Assembly: GCA_964016885.1 (NCBI GenBank)
Contig: OZ024745.1
Span: 34,658,001-34,722,000, forward strand
Direction of reading: 5' to 3'
Length of the DNA stretch: 64,000 bases
Origin: Eledone cirrhosa
Taxonomy: Eukaryota
Both the position numbers and the translations under genes were made by a program. Under the pieces are notes generated by a model. That model had not been told where the DNA came from. It did not search any database and saw nothing but the letters and a program-made list of their open reading frames with translations. This document shows, piece after piece, positions 26,108 to 39,995 of this stretch (position 1 is its first letter; every line of letters starts with the position of its first letter).

Positions 26108-29100
26108 TAATTTTTTTTCCATTTCATCTAAAGATATGTTGTTTCCACTGGGATTGATGTATCTATCAAGAGATATTTCTTCTTATGGATGCTTTAATAA
26201 TAATATAAAGATGACTGTATTTATTATTTTTCTCTCAGTAATAACTGACCTCTTCTCATTGATTATACTGTCATATTTTCTCAGATTCTTCACGCTTTAT
26301 ATTTATATTATTTTCCCTATTGGGATATTTTGATAATAATAGAATGCTTCACTGTAGGAAGTTTGCAATTCTATATATTTTGTTTTGACTGAGACAGGTT
26401 TCCCAGAGAAAAATGTAATTGTCAGCTTCTAATTTCCATCCAGCTACTGTATTTTGCTCTACTGAATGACATTAATAGTTTCTGGTAGGAAGGTTTTGTT
26501 ACAGAGTAATGAATAGGAACCTGTTCAATCCCAGCTTTAAGCCTAGGGATTTTCAGTCAGGGTTGAATTCTTTCCTGATTTGAATCTGCTCATTGCAATT
26601 TTTCTAGATAGTAGTCAAGGAAGGATTTTTCTTGCAATATCATTTTGAAATTTCATTTATGGATTTGATTCAAATAATTTTGTGTAAGGAAATTATTTCT
26701 ATTTCTCATAGCTCTTTTCTTAACCTTTGATCTATATATATACGGGCATCCTTTAGGAACAGATTACTGTTTCTGTAGTGGTTTATGGTACTTAGATATT
26801 TTTTTTAGTTTGACTTTTGTTAGTCTGCATTCGATATTATTAATCATCATCCAATTTTTCTATGCTGACAAATTGTCCGAGACCAAGTCAGTACTTAATC
26901 AGAGCTATTCCTCTCCTAGATAGATTGGGAAAGCAGCATATCTTGTTTACATATGTTCCAGTTTGTACAGTTGTACATCTGGATACCCTTTCCAATGGCA
27001 ACCATTTTACAGAATGTACTGGATGCATTTTCTGATGTCACCGGTGCTAGGAAGTTTGTTATGACCGTGACATAACTATAAACTTTCTTTATATTCTTGC
27101 TATTTCAAAATTAGTTAAAAGCTCCATGCTTACATCATTGTTATTTTTACACTGCCTTTTCTGTGTTAGCATGGGTTGAACAGGTTAGTTTCAACATAGA
27201 ATCTCTTCACTATCATTATCATTTCATCTGTAGAATTCAGCATCTTGTGATCAGCCATCACCTCTTCTTAACATGTTTTCCACTGAACGCCTTTTCCACA
27301 GCCTCCTTCAATTTACATTATTTGACAATTTTTTACCCAAATATCATTTTGTATATGCATCACATGTCCATACTTTTGATACACTATAGTAGATACCTCC
27401 GATACCCAGTGTTTCTTTTAGTACATTGTGTGTTCTGTTATGCAAATTGGCATTATACATGCAGTGGTGTATGCTTTCACCATGTATTTTCATAGAGTAG
27501 AATTACTTGATAAAAAATATATGGTAATGCAGTCATCACATATGTGGTGTACATTTAGTGAGGAGGCTTAATTTATCTCCTGGTTTAGAACAACCAATTA
27601 AACTGTAGGGTCATTTAACAGAGTCCATTATGCAGGTTTAGCTAGCCCTCTAGGCGGTTCCTCAGGTGTTTTAAGGTTAGAGGCCCTGCCCCTATTGATA
27701 AAAATGTGAAATGAAGTGTTCTGTTCAAAATTACAATGTACCCCTTTGTTCAGGAATTGAGTCCATGACTATATGACTGTGAGTCCAACACCCTTACCAT
27801 TATGCCTTCAAGACACCTTCAGTTTGTTCATTTTCTACAGACGTTCAGGCTGACTATTCACCACATCAATCTAATCCAATATGGTAAAACCTGCAAATGA
27901 CAAAAGCACTACCCTTCCTTCTCTAACTTCTGAAAAAGTAACTTTCTAGCATTAATAGTAAAATAGTGACTGTCTTATAATTGCTATAGTATGTCTACAA
28001 GTATGGCTGTGAAAGTTCACAATTCTACATTTGAGCAAATGAAGACTTGAAATTCTTCAGTTAAAGTTATTTATTTAAGTTCCCTTACCACTCCTATTTT
28101 CAGGTAAAAGCCAACAGACAGGTGGCCTTTGGTTGGTTCCTTCCAATTGAATCAAATTGTTTTACTAAGAAGTTAACATAAACTTGCATAAAAGACACTT
28201 CATATTATTTCTTTCAATATAACTATTCACAGGAAACTTCCAAAGTTAATCTAAAATTAGAAAAGAAATAATGAAATGTAAGAATATATATGGAAGACAA
28301 ATACAACTACTTCTCAGTTCAAACTGACAATATTTGTTTGCAGTTCCTATTCTGAATATAGAGAACTTTGAGACTGTTGGCATTCTATTTTGGATTGGAA
28401 TAAGCTATCTTCGATATTTGCTGATTCACATGTTAACTAGTCAATTGATTTGTATACACTACAAACAGATAAATCAATAATGCATGAGAGAGTACTTCTT
28501 CTCATCAGCATTATCATCATTTAACATTCATTTTTCCATGCTGGTATGGTATGCATTGGATAGGTCATCTCAGACCAATTCAGTACATTATCAGAGTTAC
28601 TGTCTTGCAGCCATATTTTACTTATATACTTTTTGGTTTTGGCATTGTTTCTGCAGCTGGATTTCATTTCTATCACCAACCACATTACAAAGTATACTGG
28701 GGGCATTTTTTTGTGGTGCCAGCACTATAAAAATTGCCATGTCCTTAGTCCATCAACATGCTGCACTTGTGTTACTCTGTTCACTTCTTTGGTTACCATA
28801 TGTATAAAGGAAGTCACGGCTTATTATTTTCATTTTGAAAATAATCAAGAATTTGGAAAGATTTAGTAATATAACTAACCTCCTCATTACTAAGTTGGTG
28901 TTTGGAACATAGCTTAACAGAATGGCTTTCATAAAATTATGACCGAAGATTTTTAGATAAATATAAACACTTTACAATAAACAGCTTTGTTTCATAGAAT
29001 CAGTGGCAGTTTCAGACAGTATCAAAAGGATTAATTAAGATCAAAGTAAGTTAAATTTCTTCATGTTAATAAAACACCAAAGAAAATTGTTATAATCATC

Positions 29101-30283
29101 TGTAAATTAATAGTAGTTAAATCTTCATATTTGAGAAATAAGAAAATGTACTATTTTTATAAAGAGAAATTGATTTCAATGATGACAGAATTGAGATCAA
29201 TTACACTTATTGATTTCAATGCAATTCATATAACAAACCAAGTGAGCTTGATTAGCTGAGAAGATTTTGTTGATGAATTCTAATTGAATTTAGGTCAGAT
29301 CAATTAGGGTCTTAGATATATCATATAAAAATAGAAAGGTTAAAAATGTTATCAATTCATTAAACTGTGATCCAACTATTGTATTAGAATGTGATGAATT
29401 ATTGAAGAATTGATTACATTTAATTATAAACATTGTGTAATGAGCCAGCATGGAAGGTTTCTACATTGTTACTCAATCACACACTACTGTTTTCAAAACA
29501 AGGATACAGTGGATATTATAAACCTAGATCTACTCATCATCATTATCTGTCTCTTACCTCGATCAGGATAAACAAGGATTAAATAACAACATATAATATA
29601 TATCATAAACAGGTTATAATAATACATGAAAGCATGGAAAAGCAGATGTAAAAACGATGATGATGATGTATGTAATGATGTATGTAATGTATTTATGTTA
29701 TGATCCAAGCACTATCTTAACTATTGAACAAAATCAATGACATAGTCTCTTATAGACACATCATTTATATGATTCACAGATATTCACTGATAAACAGATA
29801 TTCTAACTCTTTCATAACTATATTTCTAAAACAAAACGTTAGCCTATGATTTTCAAATAATTTTAAAAACAATGAACAATGTATTTAGTAATATAACTAA
29901 CTTTCTCATTATTTATGAAATATTTGAAGCATAAGTCAACACTTTCCTATATAAAATTATGATAAATATAAACATTTTTAGGATAAGAAGTTTTGTATCA
30001 TAGAAAGAGAAGTTTTTTCAAGTAGTTTGCTATCAAAAGATTTAAATTAAGTGTGATACATTTATTATTACAGAGTTTTGTAGCTTGCTTGAAGCACAAA
30101 TTTAAATAATTTTGAAAACCAAACAATGTATTAGAAAGAAAATTAAATTGCTAAGATAAGAAAAGAATCTTACCTTAAATGATCCCAAATATTTTTGGGT
30201 TTAAGTCCATGAGAGACTTAAAAGATCGATCGAAGTTGACTTGCTTGTTTGGAGAGCAGATTTATGAAGTCTCTCAGAGATAC

Positions 30284-30323
30284 TCCCTTGATAATGGGTT
30301 TTTAAACCCGAAAATATTTGGGA
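30284..30323 (+). ncRNA. Minimal hammerhead-like motif, U3-A8 core plus one extra nucleotide
   Basis: TCCC-TTGATAA-T-GGGTTT(TT)AAACCC-GAAA-ATAT-TT-GGGA: stem I TCCC/GGGA, stem II GGGTTT/AAACCC, palindromic AATATT stem III; the UUU triplet is suboptimal. Confidence 0.55.
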
Positions 30324-30689
30324 TCATTAAACTTGCTAAGGTAAGATTTTTTTGTTATCTTAGCGATTTAATTTTCTTTCTAATGCATTGTTTGGTTTTC
30401 AAAATTATTTATATTTATTATTGATATATATTTCTTTTAATCTACAACAGAGTGGGGCAGATACAGTATTTATTCAGTGGGACTGTATATTAAAGTCCAG
30501 CCATATTCTGTTTTCTCTCTTATAAACATAAAACTGTCATCCACTGTACTAATGTTTGTTAAAGCCAGTGTAGATATAGCATATCAGAATTCAAAGAAAT
30601 ATCAACTCATTCATACTCATTAAAAAGATTGCTAGAGATATTTCAAAAATAAATAGACATGTTAATATATAGATATAGTAATATGTATG

Positions 30690-30758
<69 letters not shown>

Positions 30759-30761
<3 letters not shown>

Positions 30762-31670
30762 GAAACAAGTACCACCAATTTCTGGGAGGGCTCTGTAGAA
30801 ACAGTAGACAGCTTCTGCTACCTAGGTGACCGAATTAGCAGCGGAGGTGGGTGTTCAGAAAGTACAATAACTAGGGTAAGAACAGGATGGAAGAAGTTCA
30901 GGGAATTACTGCCACTGCTAGCTGCAAAAGGCTTCTCCCTCAAAATTAAAGGCAGATTGTATGTTATGTGTATCCGAACAGCAATGTTACTTGGTAGTGA
31001 GACCTGGGCGCTGAAAGTGGAAGACTTACGTAGATTAGAAAGAAGCCTGCATGCTCAGATGGAGTGTAATAGTAATATACGCGAACGACAAAGCATAAAT
31101 GAATTGAGTGAGAGACTGAGCATAAGAGGAATCAAATGCTGTGCATGCGAGGCAGTTGCGTTGGTATGGACATGTGATGCGTATGAAGGATGACAGCTGC
31201 ATAAAAGGTGCAGAGCACTAGAAGTCAATGGAAACCGCAGAGTGGGGAGACCCAAGATGACCTGGGATGAGATGATAAAAGCCAACCTTACCCAATTACA
31301 CCTCTCCAAGGCGATGACACACGACTGTGACCTCTGGCGTCACGTAGTAATACAGAGTTCCCGACCTCCCATGGGTACAAGCTGAAGCATATAGACAATA
31401 TGCCCCCACACCCTCCCACTGCAAGGTGGTCGTGGAGGTGCCACGGCAAAAAAGCACCCAGCCCACACTGTAAAGTAGACGTGTAGGCGCCACGGAAAAA
31501 AGCACCCAGCACTCACTGTAAATGAGGTTGGTGTTAGGAAGGGCATCCAGCTGTAGAAATCAAGCCAAATCAGTTCCTGTATGAGCAAGGCATGGTCAGC
31601 CGACCAGACACTGCCACAACAGGACAACCCGTCTAACCCATACTAGCATGGAAGAACGGACGTAAAACGG

Positions 31671-31700
<30 letters not shown>
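30759..31700 (+). mobile_element. 5'-truncated RTE-clade LINE, 3' part with UTR and (GAT)n tail
   Basis: Encodes ETVDSFCYLGDRISSGGG..RVRTGWKKFRELLPLL..KGRLY..GSETW..GRPKMTW; the 3' UTR ends ggacgtaaaacggt(gat)n. Confidence 0.85.
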
Positions 31701-31701
<1 letters not shown>

Positions 31702-32231
31702 ATATACATACACATATATGTATGTGAGCATGAGTAAAAAAGGAATGCAATTTGTTTTATTATAAAGGAAATAACAAACAGAATCAAACATATCATGTAT
31801 CAAGATGTAGCTATACTTCATAAGTTCACATCCTGACTTCTCATCAGTCACCACCTCTTTCAATGTCAGTGTTTCACCTACGAATGAGGGAATGTACCCC
31901 AGCTTCTATATATTTATATATATATATAAAGGGATTGATATATAATATATAATGATCATGTGGCTCTATGATTGCTCAATAAGAGAATTGAATCTATAAA
32001 TCTAAGACTTCAGAGAACTCGCACACTGCCAATATCATAGGAAACCACATATTAATATTTTGCAGAGCATAATATAATTAAACTAAAAATCAGAGAGACA
32101 AAATACATAAATCTAAGTTTTTATAAGGTCTATTTGGTACCATTTCCTGTCAGCAAAACTCATCATGCTAATATATATATATAATACATATACACACACA
32201 CACACATAAATAGATAGATAGATATACTTAT

Positions 32232-32295
<64 letters not shown>

Positions 32296-35200
32296 GTGGG
32301 TGGGTGTTGCTGTAATTAAAGAAGGAAGTGGTGAATTTTGTGATAACTATTATCCTAAATTTTGAACTCACTCTATCTGGAATGGCACCTCGTAAATTAA
32401 ATTTTAAGCATGATACACTCGTTATGCTCTTATGAAATATATCCTTTCAGTAAAGATTCTGCAGTGGTACAAGAATGTAGATTACTATCATAAATAACCG
32501 TAGAGTTGATTAATAATGCATAATCAGGGTGAAAGATTTTAATTTCATGGATCAAATTCTTCCAGCAATGTTTTCGTTTTAGAGAGAAATCATCATCATC
32601 ATCATATATCCACTTTCCTTACTAGCAGTTTATAATAGTCTTTTATCCTTTTACTGACTACAGCGATTAGACTACGACCATACCGGAGCATCACTTTGAA
32701 CAGATTTAATTGAACATATCAAAACCAATACTTACATTTTCAAGTCTGTTACTTATTCTATTGATCTATTTATGTTGAACTTCTAAGTTATGGAACATGA
32801 AAAAACAGTAAACATAAACACACACACACATATGATAGACTTCCAGTTTCTGTGTACCAAATTTCACATTGGTTAACTTGAGGTTACAGATGACACTTGC
32901 CCAAAACCCATGTGGTTGTGAAGCAAAATTCTTAACTAGGCATGTGTTTGTATGCTTTTCAGTCTTAATAATAAACATTGAAGGAAGTTGTATTATTTCT
33001 TCATGAACCAGTATTTAACTCTTTCTAGAGGATGTTTATTAGTTAACATAAAAATAAGAGATAACAACTTTCATGGTGAAAGAGGTGATAAGAGTATAAC
33101 AAAAAATATATAATATTCAAAGATATCTTCCACTAAGATTGCACCTTCATTACTACAAATGTGAACTTTATACCATCTCAAGAATCCAGCACAAAAAAAA
33201 TACAATTTCAAAAGAAATAATACATTTCTTGGTTCTCTATAACCTTTCAGCAATCTTATAATTTTTATCATAAACATGGAATTTCATAAGTACTGTTAAA
33301 CTATCATCATCATCATCATCATCTTACATCTGTTTTTCATGTTGGCATGAGTTAGATGAGTTGGCTCAGTCAGAAACCAGATAGGTTAGGGAATACTGTC
33401 TTGCTCATACATTCAAATTTGATGTAGTTTCTACAGTTGGATGCCCTTTCTAAACCCATTTTACAAAGTGTACTGAGTGCGTTTTAATGTGATAACAACA
33501 CTACCACTTACAAAGTGTACTGGGTGCATTTTATCACAGCACCAACACTACTACTTTACAGAGTGTACTGATAAATTTCTGAAAATAACATAGGAGGATC
33601 ACAGCTGGAGTGTTTGTGGTCACAGGGCCAATTTACTTGATCAAGACAAATCTGGAGTTAAAATAAAATTCTGATATAACCTACAGAGCTAAAGTTTTAG
33701 ACAAATTTCATTTTCATTATTTTTCTCTTTCCAATGAATAAGCAAAATTTTCTTTTCCTTCACATATTTAATTTCAAAAGGCTTTCGTTTAATTAACTAT
33801 TGAGATAACAGAGTAAAACATCCTAAAAAAGTAATCAATTTTTTTTTAATGTATCTTCTTTTTGACCTTATGTAAATACTATTTTCTTATCAGTCTTTTC
33901 AAATGGTTGTAGATTTCCATATCAAAGGGACACAATGAGTTACATAAACCAATATATAAGCAAAATAAATTACTTCGATATTTTAATAAGGATTCTACAA
34001 GCTTTTTTCCAATTCTGTTCTAAGTCCTTTTAAAGCATATCATGGACAGGTTTCATTGCAGTGAATAGATTTAGAGAAAATAAATTACATGCAGATGATA
34101 GATAAGAAAAAAACTGTGATATATGAATGTTCCATAGTTATTACCAGAGAAGTCAAGAGACAACTTTTAAATGTAAGATTTTCTACATTAATTTTTTATA
34201 ACAACAACAACAACAATAGTAACAATAATAATAATAATCGTCTTTACACCTGCCTTTCTATGCTAGCAAGGTTTAAACGGGGCTTTCTATAGCACTGTTT
34301 TACAACCAGATAACTTTCCATATGCCAATCCTTTTAGTCACCATTTACAAAATTCAAAGATACATTGTACATATTTCAAAAGCTGGATATACATATTTAA
34401 CGATAATAATAATTATTATTATTTTATTATTAAAATAGTAAAGATTTGCCTCCAAGACAGAATTATCAGGAAAGTATTTGATAGTTGAAAAGAATAAATA
34501 TCATGATAGTGTAGACTGTAGGCAGCAAGCCTGCTACTTGTACATGAATCCAGGAGTTACAAGAAAACCTGAGATAAAAGAAATAATAATAATAATTGTT
34601 TCTACTTTAGGCACAAGGCCAGCAATTACCCAGTACATTACTGGTACTTTATTTTATCGACCCCATAAGGATGAAAGGCAAAGTCAACCTCAGCAATAAT
34701 AATGATACTATTTCTAATCATTTCTAATAATAATAATGCTTTCTTTATTAGCCAGACAGGGCTCACAATTTGGAAAAAAACAAACAATTAATTGAAGTAT
34801 TGAGTTATTCCCCTGCAACGAACAAGATTTCATACAAATAACGTCAGCCATCTTTGTATTGTAGTTGCTTAGATGAAGTCCTTGTAGGAAGAGTGCAAGC
34901 ACACAAACTAAGCTGAATGTAGGATTAGAAACCAATGGTGGCAATGTAATTTTCCAGCTCTGTATACTTATGCTTACATTATGTGTTCTATATAATCCTT
35001 CAACACTTCATATTTATATATTTATTTATATATATGCTTAGTATTAACAGTCATGTGAATGAGTACTCCAAACCATAGTAGAGACTGTATTATGGCCAAC
35101 TTTGAGTCTTGTTACTCATAGAATTTTGCCTGTGTATTCACATGATGATGCATGTATACATATGCTGCATGTGTGTATGTATATATGTGTGTATTTATGT

Positions 35201-35963
35201 GTAGCTCCATTTTAGCTTACTTTTATCTTCCTCAAAATCCCTGTTATTTCTTCTTGCCCTTTGCAACTGTCTGTTAGTCAGCCTTGGTTATATCTTTGTT
35301 GACTTCCTTGAAGACAGAAACTATTTTTGTTTTCTTTTCTTTTACTCATCTTTTGTGTTTTGTATTAGTTTCCCATTGTTATATAAATAACATATTTCTA
35401 TAAATTTATTAAGGATTGGCTACTTTAGTTTTCTATAAGTGTTTCAATTCATCTGAATTTTTCAACTAGCTTCATTCTGAATTGTCTATTTGTTTTATTT
35501 ATGAGAAGGAGAGAGAAAATAATTCAAACAGTGGTATTTTGTATCAAAAACGATTACTAAAAGAAAAATTCAATTGTTGAATTGTATTGATTCTATTACA
35601 TATTTTCTAATATAATGTGTGTGTGTGCATTTCCTTTTATTTCCATGTGTGTTTTTGTGTGTTTAAAAGTGTGAGTGTTTACAATATATATATATATATA
35701 TATTTCTATAAAATGAATAATTTCTCAACACAAGTGCTTGCTACCTATAGTTTCAAAGCCTACTCCAACATATGTCATGGAGACACTACACACATGCTAG
35801 CGCCAGATAAGCAATGCTAGCATGTATATAGCATCTCTGTGAACTATGCTATAGAAGGTTTTGAAACTTTAGGTAGCAAGAGAAATTATTTATAATATAC
35901 TTTGACTCTGTACATAACATAGATCACTACTTTTCCTTTATCTATTGTATGGAAACTCTTGGC

Positions 35964-36075
<112 letters not shown>

Positions 36076-36289
36076 AATATCTTACAACAAACACACACAT
36101 ATATATATGCATTTATATATATCATCATCATCATCATACATCCGCTTTTCCCTGCTTGCAAGGGTGGGACAGGTCCTATTCAGGACAGCATCTCTCCACT
36201 TGTCATCTCCACCATGAGCTTCAGCGATCTGAAGTCTGCTCTCACCACCTCCACCCATGTTTTTCGTGGTCTTCCTTCAACTGGCATTA

Positions 36290-36713
36290 TCATCATCATC
36301 ATCATCACCGTTTTACGTCCATTCTTCCACGCTAGCATGGGTTAGACGGGTTGTCCTGTTGTGGGCAGTGTCCGGTCGGCTGACCTTGTCTTGCTCATAC
36401 AGGAACTGATTCTGGCTTGCTTTCTACAGTTGGATGCCCTTCCTAACACCAACCTCATTTACAGTGAGTGCTGGGTGCTTTTTTTCTGTGGCGCCTACAC
36501 GTCCACTTTACAGTGTGGGCTGGGTGCTTTTTTTGCCATGGCACCTCCACAACCACTTTGCAGTGGAATGATAGGGACCCCAGTCCTATCATCTCATTTC
36601 TACAGCTGAGCAAACTGGAGCAATGTGAAATAAAGTGTCTTGCTCAAGGAAACAACACATCACCCGATCCGAGTATTGAACTCACTGCTCTAACCACTGA
36701 GCCATGCGCCTTC
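36290..36713 (-). mobile_element. SINE family B copy
   Basis: Colinear with 58632-59174, with fewer tandem units and a deletion in the head. Confidence 0.82.
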
Positions 36714-38195
36714 ACTTTATATATATGTATAATTTATATATATGTATAATTTATCATAAAAGTATGTATATGATATATGCATATATGTCTGGCAGTTTAT
36801 GATTAGATGAAGTATTAAGTCGAGTGGAACTATTCTGCTATCCCAAAGGAAACATATTCACCAATCTAGCAAGATTTCTGTAAACTATGCAACTATTGGC
36901 TTCAGACCTCCACCATCTATACACATACCTCTGTCTACCATACAAACATAAATGGTCTTTGATAGTATAAAAGTATTTTGGTGTGAGACACCTACAACTG
37001 TTGATGGATACTGTCCATTGCCTATTTGGGTTGGAGAGTGGAAATTAGAGGCATAGCAAGAGTTATGAAGGGTGGATAATTCCCAAAGGTGTTGCAAATG
37101 AAATGTGAGAAGGGACAGTTGCTCCTGAACCCATGTATGAAGGAGAGCAAAATTACCTCTGACCTGTCATGCTTGTAAAGTGATATGCGGATGCAAAATG
37201 TATCTTTGCTATTGGGCGCTGAGAGCCCTTGTTATGTTACTGTTGAAGGTTTTGTTGAGATCATAAATTCATTGCTTATTTACGATGGAAATATATACTG
37301 ATTATATATAATAAAAATATACAGTTTTTCTGGTCAACAGAAACCCACATGTTCAGTGTGAGTGTAGAATTAGGGATAAGCCTAACATTTAAGAGCAAGA
37401 TGTCATTTCCCATCATATATTAATAATTAGATTATTCTTGAGTGTTTCTAATTCAACACAAGGAATCAATTTATTTGATTTTTTTTTATTTAGTTTTGGA
37501 TTCTTTTTAATTTCTAAAATTTCATTTCAACTTTAGCTATTTTCAACATATATGTTTCAGATTTTTTAATGAATCTGATTAAAAACAAATAATGGCAACC
37601 CTCCACACATGTGTGAGGAGCTACAACCTGAATTTGATCAGGACACCCCATGACCATTATCACCTACCAACTCCATATAGAGAGTACATGAACTGAGATT
37701 GTTTAATCCCAAGAAAGCTTGTGGGCAACTCAGGTGTTAGAGTGGATAGGAAAGGAAGCAAGTAATGCCGGTGATTAAGATCTTGCAGTTTATAGCCATG
37801 TAAGTTGGTTTTCACAAGCAGTGTATCTCTTGCTTGTTCCACATCATATCCTCAGACATTTGTACTTGATCTTTTCTTAATTTTTTTTTGTGCATTGTTG
37901 TCATGGTTATTGAGAGTACACATGTTTATGTGAAACAAATTTACATTTCTAAATATCGGACTTTGACCATCTGAGCTTGCAGGTGCATTTATTTTATTGT
38001 CATTTTTCAGGAATATCTTTTTTTTAAATTCTATTAAACTTTTATTAATTTCATTAAAAAATTATTTAATAATTTTCTCGTGATGAAGCCTATCCAGTAC
38101 TACTTCCTTTCTTGTTAATAATTCCCTCTCGTGGAGTAAGCCATACTGAATAGACTGTAAACATCAGAAAATGTTTGAGGGAAAAATTAAATAAT

Positions 38196-38378
38196 TGTTT
38201 CTACTTTTGGCACAAGGCCAGCAATTACCCAGTACATTACTGGTACTTTATTTTTATCGACCCCGTAAGGATGAAAGACAAAGTTAACCTCGGCAGGATT
38301 TGAACTCAGACCGTAAAGGAACGTAACTATGCTGGAAAGCATGGCATCCGACTCTCTACTGATACTGCCAATCCACCA
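38196..38378 (-). mobile_element. SINE family A copy with TSD
   Basis: Homologous to 61537-61722; ggaaaaattaaataat is duplicated on both sides. Confidence 0.85.
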
Positions 38379-38819
38379 TTTGGAAAAATTAAATAATGCC
38401 AAAAATACAGATCTTTTGTGAATCATAGGTATTGGAATAGACATTGCCCAAATGTTTCAAATCCCTCACTTGTAAAATAATTTTCCTCCAGTAAAACTTG
38501 GAAAGATTTAAAGAAACATCAATTCAACACTAATAATTTCTTTTATTTTCAAACTAGTGTGCATTCCTACATACAACTATATGTTCCAAAGGATGTAACA
38601 AAAATGTTGAACCCTGCACACAGTTGTGTAAATATGAAGGGTGGAGTCAAATACATTATATATTAAGACAAGTTTATTAGGAGATATGTGACAGATCAGC
38701 TTTGTTTGCCTTCTTATTTCATCCTCAAGTTTTAAGACCAGACAAGCACTCCCATATGCCCTGTTTTGATCAGTTGAGAAAACAGGGTCCTATACATCAT
38801 TCAGGGTCCTATATATCAT

Positions 38820-39125
38820 TCAGGTGGCAACATCTGACTTTGAAAAAAATATATGCCAGCCTCCCATGCATATCTGTCGTTGTACGTAAAAGGAGAGTAA
38901 GATTTGCTGGCCACTGCCATCTTGCCACCTCTGAGGCTGTATTTCCACTAGTGCTGTGGAAACCACAAGCAGTCACTAAAAACAGGGGGCATTAGCTCTC
39001 CTATCATGATGTCATCTCCAGAGATTCTGATATTGAAATCCAGGACTTGACAATGGCAATGAATGACAGACCCACATGGAGATCAATTGTTGAGTAGATT
39101 TCGGCTGAGGCCACTGGATGATGAC
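38820..39125 (+). mobile_element. Old RTE-like LINE 3' fragment
   Basis: RKRRVRFAGHCHL..LVLWKP, later AMNDRPTWR, then a short (GAT)n. Confidence 0.55.
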
Positions 39126-39399
39126 ACATCATTGAGGGCTTCATTTCAATGATCCTTTGAAGATGATTGGAAACCATTACGGTAGTGTTGTGATGGGTAA
39201 GGAGTGTTGTAATGTATAGGTATGGTTGTGATTTGTAGGTACACCAACGATGTGTTGGTACAGTTTTGATTTGGAAGTACAATTGTGTTATATACAGCTG
39301 TGTTGTGTAGGTACAGTTATGGTATGCAGGTATACCTGTGAGTTGTAGGTAGGGCTGTGACATATAGGTACAGTTGTGAGGTGTAGATCAAGTAGTGAT

Positions 39400-39995
39400 T
39401 ATGTAAGTACACCTGGGATTGAGTAGGTACACCTGTGATTGAGTAGGCACACCTGTGATATGTAGGTACATCTGGTGATATATAGGCACACCTGTGATAT
39501 GTGTGTACATCTGTGATATGTGGTTACACCTGTGATATGTAGTTACACCTGTGATATGTGGTTACACCTGTGATTTGTAGTTACACCTGTGATATGTAGG
39601 TACACCTGTGATATGTAGTTACACCTGTGATTTGTAGTTACACCTGTGATATGTAGGTACATCTGGTGATATATAGGTACATCTGGTGATATATAGGTAC
39701 ATCTGTGATATGTAGGCACACCTGTGATATATAGGTACACCTGTGATATGTAGGTACACCTGTGATATATAGGTACATATGTGATATATAGGTACATCTG
39801 GTGATATATAGGTACACCTGTGGTATATAGGTACACCTGTGATATATAGGTACACCTGTGATATGTAAGTACATCTGTGATATATAGGTACATATGTGAT
39901 ATGTAGTTACACCTGTGATATGTAGGTACATATGTGATATATAGGTACACCTGTGATATGTAAGTACATCTGTGATATATAGGTACTACTGTGAT
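39400..39995. repeat. Minisatellite, 19-20 bp unit ACACCTGTGATATRTAGGT
   Basis: About 30 visible tandem copies with degenerate flanks; explains the spurious repetitive ORFs 39543-39950. Confidence 0.92.

Noticed and set aside
39400-39995. CRISPR-like array or repetitive protein ORFs
   Set aside because: Contiguous tandem units with no unique spacers, no cas genes and a eukaryotic context: a minisatellite.
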